This document shows, piece by piece, positions 25,535 to 32,000 of a DNA stretch of 32,000 bases. Numbering within the stretch: position 1 is the first letter of the stretch; each line of letters begins with the position of its first letter. The position numbers were made by a program, and so were the translations under genes. The stretch is from Pseudodesulfovibrio piezophilus C1TLV30 (GTDB lineage: Bacteria; Desulfobacterota; Desulfovibrionia; Desulfovibrionales; Desulfovibrionaceae). The stretch covers positions 1,170,001 through 1,202,000 of the forward strand of contig NC_020409.1 in assembly GCF_000341895.1 (NCBI RefSeq). Reading direction: 5' to 3'. The notes under the pieces were generated by a model. It was not told the origin of the DNA. It saw nothing but the letters and a program-made list of their open reading frames with translations, and did not search any database.

Positions 25535-26593
25535 CTACTTCAGATTATTTCCGAAGAACTGGACCAACTTGGTCATGGCCTGCTTGACGTATTCCGGCTT
25601 CCAATATGTCTGGATGTGGGTGGCTCCTTCGATCAGGAACAGCTCCTTGTCCTTCGCAGTAGTGGCTTCCTTGTAGGCCTCTTTCGTCATGTACAGGGTA
25701 TCTGCCTTGCTCCCGGCCATCATGAGCAGGGGCTGGTTGATCAAATCCATATTGGTTGCGGCATCGAAGTTCATGAGAGCCAGCAGACTGCTCATCGTGT
25801 ACCGGAAGGTGGAATTCGGATGGGCGTGAGTTCCGTAATAGTAGGCAAAACCTTCGCGGTAGAGCTCAAAAGGCAGCTTTGCGATTTGCTCCTCAGTTGG
25901 CCTTGCTTCAGCAGCATAGACGATCTTGCCGCCAGCCGCTTCCTGCGCGCGAGCATCGGATGCCTGCTGAAGCCGCTGCTGGATAGTGTCGAGCTGCGAA
26001 TCCATGAAGCCGTTACGACGAACCCGACCGGAGTTGAACATGCTCAGGGTCGCGACGGCAATGAAACGCTTGTCAGTCTGTGCCGCCTTCAGAGCATAGC
26101 CGCCGCCACCGCAAACACCGAGCAGACCGATGCGCTTGCCGTCGACACCGGGATACTGGCTTATAAAATCGGCCATGCCATGGATGTCTTCAATTCGATT
26201 AGCGGGCTTATCCACATTGCGCGGAGTGCCGCCGCTTGCGCCTTGATACGCCGCATCGGCTGCGATGGTGATGTAGCCCTGTTCAGCCAGGTGCTGTGCA
26301 TACAAACCGGCGACCTGTTCCTTCACACCACCGTTGGGATGGGCGACGACGATTGCCGGGTACTTCTTATTCGAGTCATAATTGGCCGGGGTGTAGACGT
26401 TCGCCGAGATGTCGATGCCGTTCAGCTTGTAAGTAACGGGGTGAATATTCACCTTGCCATTTACGTTCTCGGTAATCGCCCCTTCATAAACCAATGTGAA
26501 CGGATTGTTTCTGTAATCCGCGGCCATAGCTACCCCTGTTGTCAAAAAAACACTCACTGCGAAAAACAGTGACATAACTTTCACTCGATTCAT
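25535..26593 (-). CDS. Exported alpha/beta hydrolase, dienelactone-hydrolase-like with Cys at the nucleophile elbow
   Basis: AAGGAG lies 7 nt before the ATG at 26593. The signal is MNRVKVMSLFFAVSVFLTTGVAMA. The body contains YPAIVVAHPNGG and the elbow reads GLLGVCGGGGYA (G-x-C-x-G). Confidence 0.8.
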   Translation of the reverse strand: MNRVKVMSLFFAVSVFLTTGVAMAADYRNNPFTLVYEGAITENVNGKVNIHPVTYKLNGIDISANVYTPANYDSNKKYPAIVVAHPNGGVKEQVAGLYAQHLAEQGYITIAADAAYQGASGGTPRNVDKPANRIEDIHGMADFISQYPGVDGKRIGLLGVCGGGGYALKAAQTDKRFIAVATLSMFNSGRVRRNGFMDSQLDTIQQRLQQASDARAQEAAGGKIVYAAEARPTEEQIAKLPFELYREGFAYYYGTHAHPNSTFRYTMSSLLALMNFDAATNMDLINQPLLMMAGSKADTLYMTKEAYKEATTAKDKELFLIEGATHIQTYWKPEYVKQAMTKLVQFFGNNLK

Positions 26594-26740
26594 TGCCGAT
26601 CTCCTTATCCTACTATTTTCCCACTGTATCTGTTCATGTTTATAATGAACGCCAATGGTCACGACCTAATTACGCAAGAACACCCCCACGATTGGGACGT
26701 TGTCCTTCGAGAAATAAAAATAGCAGCAAAAGAAAATGGC

Positions 26741-26777
26741 GGTAGATTGATTCTATGAAATTTTTGCCTAATTCGAT
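26741..26777. promoter_or_regulatory. Conserved 37-bp box, copy 3 (upstream of the 25535..26593 gene)
   Basis: GGTAGATTGATTCTATGAAATTTTTGCCTAATTCGAT lies 148 nt upstream of the ATG at 26593. Confidence 0.55.
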
Positions 26778-26867
26778 GACAGGTTGCGACTTAACAGCTC
26801 AACGCTTCCAGAGACGGCCATAATCAAATAGACTGGATTCACCCAAAACTTGCACCAACTGATAAAC

Positions 26868-26897
26868 AATCAGTAAGTCGTCCTTCCAACCGCCTGG
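26868..26897 (+). repeat. Decayed direct repeat of the tRNA 3'-half (att-like scar)
   Basis: AATCAGTAAGTCGTCCTTCCAAC compared with AATCAGTAGGTCGTCGGTTCAAC at 27087-27109: 14/15 identical over the first 15 nt and 18/23 overall. Confidence 0.5.
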
Positions 26898-27081
26898 AAA
26901 CACACAAATTCTGGATAAACCTTCAAGTATAACAAATCAGAAAATCAAAAGTAAACGTCCAAAAATCATGTATTTTTCCTTGGTATACTGAGTGTATACC
27001 AGGATACGCCTTTCTACCCCGGTATACAAAAATTTGCAAAATAAGTTCAATTATTTCAACACTTATTTTCCAGACATTTTC

Positions 27082-27126
27082 TTCGTAATCAGTAGGTCGT
27101 CGGTTCAACTCCGATTTCTGGCTCCA
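27082..27126 (+). tRNA. 3' half only of a tRNA-Thr(CGU)-like gene (anticodon loop to CCA); not a functional tRNA
   Basis: Anticodon loop TTCGTAA, 3' anticodon stem TCAGT and variable loop AGGTC. T-arm GTCGG-TTCAACT-CCGAT, acceptor 3' strand TTCTGGC, discriminator T and CCA. The upstream sequence cannot supply the 5' anticodon stem (needs ACTGA, has TTTTC), the D-arm or the acceptor 5' strand GCCAGAA. Confidence 0.7.
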
Positions 27127-27135
27127 ACGAAATCA

Positions 27136-27167
27136 AGCACTTACGACATGTCGTAAGTGCTTTTTTT
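27136..27167 (+). terminator. Strong rho-independent terminator immediately after the tRNA fragment
   Basis: Stem AGCACTTACGAC / GTCGTAAGTGCT (12 bp, perfect) followed by a T7 run. Confidence 0.85.
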
Positions 27168-27320
27168 GTGCCTTGATATACACGCTGGTATACATTTGAG
27201 TGCAAGGGGATGCCCTGGGTGGCCGGGGTGTATATCCTTTTAAATCGATATCTTATATTCAATTGACTCATCACAAGAAACAGGTTTGCCGGGCGCTATA
27301 TTCCTGAATTTGATACAGAC

Positions 27321-27365
27321 TTACTCTTGCGCGCTCAAATACTTGATACGGCCAAATCTTTGGAG
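27321..27365 (-). pseudogene. C-terminal piece of the gene interrupted by the IS (…RFGRIKYLSAQE*)
   Basis: Removing the IS and one GGAG copy joins this piece in frame to ...KETVTEALQ at 28660 onward. The stop TAA complement is at 27321-27323. Confidence 0.6.
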
Positions 27366-27432
27366 AGAAGTGGGTCTAAGAAACTGGACCACAGTATAAG
27401 GTGGACATATGATAGCCGAAGGAGGCTTTTCG

Positions 27433-27720
27433 ATGTCCAAGAAGAGAAGAAGATTTACTGCTGAATTCAAAGCCCGTGTAGCCCTCGACGCTTTGTCTGG
27501 CGAGCACACACTTTCCGAGCTGGCCAGCAAGTATGGAGTTCACACCAACCAGATATCCACGTGGAAACGACAAGCCAAAGAAGGTATTGTCGCGTCATTT
27601 TCTGGCAAGGCAGAGAAGAGCCAGCAAATGGACGATGCACATATCAAGGATCTGCACGCTAAGATCGGCCAACTTCTGATCGAGAAGGATTTTTTGCAAC
27701 AAGCCTTCGCCAAAATCTGA
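27433..27720 (+). CDS. IS3-family transposase OrfA (HTH)
   Basis: Reads MSKKRRRFTAEFKARVALDALSGEHTLSELASKYGVHTNQISTWKRQ with a leucine-zipper-like tail. AGGAGG lies 8 nt before the ATG. Confidence 0.9.
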   Translation: MSKKRRRFTAEFKARVALDALSGEHTLSELASKYGVHTNQISTWKRQAKEGIVASFSGKAEKSQQMDDAHIKDLHAKIGQLLIEKDFLQQAFAKI

Positions 27721-28598
27721 GCTGCGAGCGAAGGCGTGAAGTCGTCGACAAAGAGCATCCACAACTCAGCGTCCGGCGACAATGCAGAATCCTCAAACTG
27801 CAACGCTCAACATACTATTATCAGCCGATTGGCGAATCATCGTATAACTTGGAGTTGATGAAACGCATCGACGAGTTGTTCATGGAGCTACCATTTTTCG
27901 GCTCACGCCAGATGCGCAACATTCTGCGGGATGAAGGGCATCTGGTTGGCCGTGGTCGTGTGAGACGACTTATGCGCAAGATGGGCTTGATGGCGATTTA
28001 CCAAAAACCGAGGACGAGTGATCCTCATCCACAGCACAAAATATATCCGTATTTGTTGCGGAACATGAAGATCACAAAGCCAAATCAAGTTTGGTGTACC
28101 GACATTACTTACATTCCGATGAAACGAGGCTTCTTGTATCTCGTGGCAATCATGGATTGGCATAGCCGGGCAGTATTGTCGTGGCGTTTGTCGAATACGA
28201 TGGAGGCCGACTTTTGTGTCGTAGCTTTGGAGGATGCGATCAACCGTTATGGAGAACCTGAGATATTCAACACAGACCAGGGGAGCCAGTTCACCAGCTA
28301 TGAATTCACAAAGACTCTGCGGGATGCTGGCATCCGCATTTCAATGGATGGCCGAGGACGCTGGATGGATAACGTCATGATCGAACGACTCTGGAAGTCT
28401 TTGAAATACGAATGTGTCTACTTGCGGGAACTGGAGACAGGAAGTGAGCTGCGGAGTGCCTTGGCCTGGTGGTTTAACTTCTACAATAATCGGCGTCCTC
28501 ATAAGACCTTTGACGGACGCAAGCCGATGGAGATATATCAAAGCGGTCCCATCCCAGAGGGGGTACCCCCTCTGGGATGGACCCACAAGGCGGCGTAA
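27663..28598 (+). CDS. IS3-family transposase OrfB (DDE integrase core), presumably made as an OrfAB fusion by -1 frameshift
   Basis: The -1 frame is open from 27663. In-frame slippery heptamer T TTT TTG at 27690-27696. N-terminus [27 protein letters not shown] triad in [16 protein letters not shown] and [13 protein letters not shown]. Confidence 0.9.
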   Translation, partial: DRPTSDREGFFATSLRQNLSCERRREVVDKEHPQLSVRRQCRILKLQRSTYYYQPIGESSYNLELMKRIDELFMELPFFGSRQMRNILRDEGHLVGRGRVRRLMRKMGLMAIYQKPRTSDPHPQHKIYPYLLRNMKITKPNQVWCTDITYIPMKRGFLYLVAIMDWHSRAVLSWRLSNTMEADFCVVALEDAINRYGEPEIFNTDQGSQFTSYEFTKTLRDAGIRISMDGRGRWMDNVMIERLWKSLKYECVYLRELETGSELRSALAWWFNFYNNRRPHKTFDGRKPMEIYQSGPIPEGVPPLGWTHKAA

Positions 28599-28659
28599 CA
28601 CGTAAAACTGTCCACCTTAAATTCGCCGCTCAGTGGTCCGATAAAGTGAACCCACTTCT

Positions 28660-29216
28660 GGAGTGCTTCAGTCACAGTTTCTTTATTCATGGGCCATTTG
28701 TCAGTTTTCATGACTTCTTTTTTTGCCCCCCAAGCCATATAGACTTTGGCAAATGATTGCTCGACCTGGCTCATGTAGAGGAAACCGCTCTCTGTGTTGT
28801 AGCCATCCTTGACGAAAGGATCGACGAGATCTTTGCAAAAGTAAGTCATAATGATTTTGCACATTCTGTGCAGAGACAACTTTAGACTTTGTCTGCTCTT
28901 TGCAACCGAGTGCCAAAGCATTGAGTGATTCGTCGACGAATCGCTTCATGTCGTATTCTGGGAGATAAAAGCCATAGGCCCCGTAAAGTTGGGTCCAATT
29001 TTCGAATTCCTGCGCTTTGGGGATTTGCTCTAGGGTGAAGAGATTGCGCTGTTGGTCTCGAAAGAATTTTGAATTGCCAAGGTCCTTGACTCGGCTCATC
29101 CTCATGGGTGGAGGATAACTGAGGACGCCTTGGTAAAGTTTAATAGTCTGTGTAATGGTCTTGACTTCGGGTAGCTCGCTTGCAAGAGCATTGGCTCCAC
29201 TTATCCATGACACCAA
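28660..29216 (-). pseudogene. Main body of an exported hypothetical protein gene, frameshifted (near 28865) and cut by the IS
   Basis: Two overlapping minus-strand ORFs (28701..29216 and 28538..28921) each read protein-like only on one side of ~28865. A signal-like LVLTIFFLVSWISGANA lies at the 5' end without a clean ATG. The 3' end runs into the IS terminus. Confidence 0.6.
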
Positions 29217-30580
29217 AAAGAATATAGTAAGGACTAAGGATTGAAATCATTTCACTTGTTTCTCCTGAAAGACCTCGCGCTTGTTTACTTTAAAAGAATA
29301 GGAAGGAGGCGCTGTGTCTAAAACTGCAGGGCGTAAGTTTTCAGGAAGGAAATCAAAGGGCATACCGTGTCTTTCGAGAAAATCAATACACCGCCCAAAC
29401 CACATATTTTGGGCTATATCTTTCAGTCCGGATTCACCAGAGATCTTTATTCTCAGCCCAACACAATTCTCTAGATGCCAAAAGACGTCAGAACCCGGTC
29501 CTTTAAGAATTTTGATCCATGTTCCTCGTGCAAATCACCCCATTATTCTCTATCTTCTTTGCCTTCAGTATTCCGACGAAACGTCCATCCGCCCCGAAAC
29601 GTAGCCCTACCACCAGGAACAATCAAACCCACTCTTTCACCATAACGATTTGTCTGACTGTTTTTAACCATAGTATCAGGATTATTCATTATACTCTCAA
29701 CGAGCTGTTGCCCTACAGCGTTTTTCACTCGTGGACAACCAGTGGCAGCTGAATATGCACTTCCCGGACGCCATAAATGTTCATCTAACGCGCCATCGAC
29801 ATAGTATATACAATATTCATTCTGGTTTAAAACATTCTTAAACAGTTTTTTTATTTTAGCCTTTTCGGGTAATATTAACCACGGCTATGTCGTGAAGCCC
29901 AGCACGATTTGCACTCTCCGATCACTTCTAACCAAATTCGAAATGGGACTTAGCAATGAGACTGTTGTGGGTTATCTTATTCATTGGGAGTCCTCGGAAA
30001 AAAGTCTCAAGCAGTGAGCGGTGAAGAAAGCGACTCGCTGTAGAAGGCTCTTTAAAAACTTTTTTGCCTCTCAAATGAGGCAGAAGTTTCACGACAAATG
30101 CATGGTCACCAAGAAAGAATTGCCACGCAAGTTACTTCAAGGCGGCTCCGCCCCGATCCTAGCGTACGCAAAATTTCGGTATTCTCTTTGCGGTGTCTTT
30201 CGGGTTTCGCCAAACTAAGCCAATATCCAACCCGTATGAAGCCAGTCTGGTATTTGATTTGTCCCGAACAAGCCACCAGCTTAGGCGGTTACCGATCCAT
30301 CAGCTTTGATGACCGAGGCCACAATTGTCTAATTTTTCTACTCAATATTGTTTTATGGAATCAGCCTACTAGAATATCAACAAATCAAGCATGTTAAATA
30401 TTCTGAAATAGAAAAGCCCCCTCTCTTGATACCCACCTGAGCACACGTCCCATGACCGAAGCCATACTTTGAGCCAATTCATCAATGCTACAGATTCACA
30501 ACACACACCCTTTAAGTAGCATTTATTTGACTTTAGTAGCACACTATGAGAATCAATCGAAAAATAATACTCGGAGAAGC

Positions 30581-32000
30581 CATGCCAACTAAGAAAATGT
30601 ATTCATCCATTGTGTATTCGGCTATCATCGCTACATTGGTACTCGTGACAGGGGCTGTTCCTGCCTTTGCAGCAAAAGAGACGCTTGTACTCGCCGTGGG
30701 AGGCGAAAACGAAGAAGGCTACGACCCCTTGCTTGGCTGGGGAACATACGGCAACCCCTTGTTCCAGAGTACACTGCTGAAACGTGACGCAAATCTGAAC
30801 ATCATTCCAGACCTGGCCACAAACTGGACACTCTCCAAAGATCGTACCGTGTGGACTGTGACCATCAGAAGTGACGCTCTCTTTTCGGATGGCTCCTCCC
30901 TGACCGCTAAGGATGTGGCCTTTACTTTTAACAAGGGGCTGAAGGCCGGGGGAAAAATCGACCTGACTCCTCTTGAAAAAGCAGAAGCTCCAAACGCGAC
31001 CACAGTCAAGTTGACGCTCAAGAAACCGGATATCACATTTATCCAACACCTTATTACACAAGGTATTGTCCCAGAAAATCTCTATGGCCCGAATTACGGC
31101 CGGCATCCGATAGGTTCGGGGCCATACAAACTCATACGCTGGGATGAAGGCCAGCAAATGGTCGTGGAAGCCAATGAATTGTATTATGGCGCTCAACCTC
31201 AGATCAAAAGACTGGTCTTCCTTTTCTCAGATGAAGATGCCGCACTGGCCGCAGCCCGAGCTGGAGAGGTTGACGTACTCGGCGTTCCATCCAATCTCGC
31301 CAGGCAGGACATCCCAGGGATGAAATTGCATGTGGTTAAAAGCGTTGATAATCGAGGGCTCATGTTTCCAACCGTTCCGAGCGAAGGGAAGACAACACCT
31401 CATGGCGTGCCTATTGGCAACACCGTCACTGCGGATATCGCTCTCCGAAAGGCAATTAACTACGCCATCGATCGCAAGGCTCTTGTTGCCGGAGTACTTG
31501 ATGGGTATGGGCGCCCGGCTTTTGGCGTGGTGGACGATCTTCCCTGGGATAATCCGGCAATCCGATTCAAGGACAATGCCCTCCAGAAGGCCAAAACAAT
31601 CCTCAAGGAAGCAGGTTGGGTCGATACTGATGGAGACGGCGTACGCGAGAAGAACGGTTTAAAGGCCGAATTCTCCATTGTATACAATGCAAAAGACTCT
31701 CTAAGGCAGGGACTGGCTCTAGCAGTTTCCGACATGCTGAAACCTGTCGGCATCAACGCCATTCCACGTGGAGAAAACTGGGATCGCATCAAGACACAGC
31801 TTACACATACCAACGTCGTTGTATATGGTTTTGGAGACCACAGCCCCCTGGAAATGTATAAGCTCTACCACACCCCCGGTTCCGAGCCTCTGTACTGGAA
31901 TGCAGGCTTTTATTCCAACCCCGTTGTTGATGAATACCTTGACAAAGCCAAGGCTGCCAAATCCATTGAAGCCTCACTTCCCTTCTGGAAAAAAGCCCAG
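30581..32000 (+). CDS. ABC transporter substrate-binding protein, family 5 (nickel/peptide type), 3'-truncated by the window end
   Basis: Not in the ORF track because it has no stop inside the window. GGAGA lies 4 nt before the ATG at 30581. Signal MPTKKMYSSIVYSAIIATLVLVTGAVPAFA. The body contains PDLATNWTLSKDRTVWTVTIRSDALFSDGSSLTAKDVAFTF, GSGPYKLIRWDEGQ, VDNRGLMFP and AINYAIDR. Confidence 0.9.

Larger units (their letters stand above)
27366..28659 (+). mobile_element. Intact IS3-family insertion sequence (1294 bp) with 4-bp target-site duplication GGAG
   Basis: The imperfect terminal inverted repeats share AGAAGTGGGT, GGACCAC and TAAGGTGGACA blocks: left 27366-27407, right 28609-28659. GGAG direct repeats lie at 27362-27365 and 28660-28663. 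It has the orfA/orfB organisation with DDE. Confidence 0.9.

Noticed and set aside
27050-27126. Possibility of a complete tRNA gene
   Set aside because: The 5' acceptor strand (GCCAGAA), the D-arm and the 5' anticodon stem (ACTGA) are absent from the ~45 nt upstream. Only the 3' half folds.
26923-27274. Small minus-strand ORFs 26923..27108 and 27089..27274
   Set aside because: They run across the tRNA fragment, its terminator and the heptamer repeats. They have no SD and an implausible composition.
29247-29884. Two minus-strand reading-frame fragments that vaguely suggested a small toxin/immunity pair: 29543-29884 (...HLWRPGSAYSAATGCPRV...GRATFRGGWTF...) and 29247-29534 (...DVFWHLENCVGLRIKISGESG...MWFGRCIDFLERHG...)
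   Set aside because: Neither has a usable start codon at its 5' end, and both are bounded by in-frame stops. I cannot tie either to a family with confidence, so I treat them as gene debris. A profile search could revisit this.
29900-30580. ORFs 30021..30218 and 30098..30397, and a possible leader or riboswitch upstream of the substrate-binding-protein gene
   Set aside because: The translations are basic and low in complexity with no SD. I could not recognise any riboswitch consensus. Only a short direct repeat (A/T)AGTAGCA x2 near 30514-30541 was noted, which is too weak to call.
30603-31813. Minus-strand ORFs 30603..31196, 30719..31036 and 31460..31813, and plus-strand ORF 31330..31662
   Set aside because: All overlap the open-ended plus-strand frame starting at 30581. 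That frame encodes an unmistakable family-5 substrate-binding protein.

Overview
This is a mosaic 32-kb window from a moderately GC-rich bacterium. Gene content is reminiscent of Desulfovibrio-like Deltaproteobacteria, but that is only a guess. It falls into three blocks.

(A) 1-15.9 kb is accessory/mobile DNA. It starts with the 3' end of a type I R-M methylase gene (hsdM) followed 18 nt later by a GIY-YIG/DUF4357 gene. Then come a Doc-type Fic protein with a mutated catalytic His, a Sel1-repeat protein, two tandem DUF2958 genes and a MucR/Ros regulator. Several unknown genes follow; three of them are divergent paralogues of one family I do not recognise, and one of those is split at an A9 tract. 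The block continues with an SF3/DUF5906 NTPase with no recognisable primase domain, a TM2 membrane protein, an XRE repressor, a Zn-finger protein and a 581-bp structured non-coding region. It finishes with a catalytic-domain-only tyrosine recombinase, an excisionase-like gene and a full-length tyrosine integrase, and ends at an orphan IS terminal repeat.

(B) 16.5-26.6 kb holds ten oxidoreductase/hydrolase genes: 3 aldo/keto reductases, 3 alpha/beta hydrolases, an Isf-like flavoprotein, a flavodoxin, a cupin and a CMD-family protein. They lie in three minus-strand transcription units around one AraC-family regulator. Seven of the ten carry Sec, Tat or lipoprotein signals, and each unit is preceded by the same 37-bp box.

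(C) 26.7-30.6 kb is an AT-rich decay zone. It contains the 3' half of a tRNA-Thr(CGU) with a native-looking terminator (an att-type scar) and a decayed second copy. It also contains an intact IS3-family element with a 4-bp target duplication inside a multiply damaged gene, plus gene debris. A family-5 ABC substrate-binding protein gene starts at 30581 and runs off the window.

I saw no rRNA, intact tRNA or CRISPR array. The best candidates for something undescribed are: (i) the three-copy unknown protein family and its link to the acidic-protein/SF3 NTPase module; (ii) the short recombinase with its nested inverted-repeat control region; (iii) the exported redox block with its shared operator-like box. 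All family names come from motif recognition by eye, and no database search was run.
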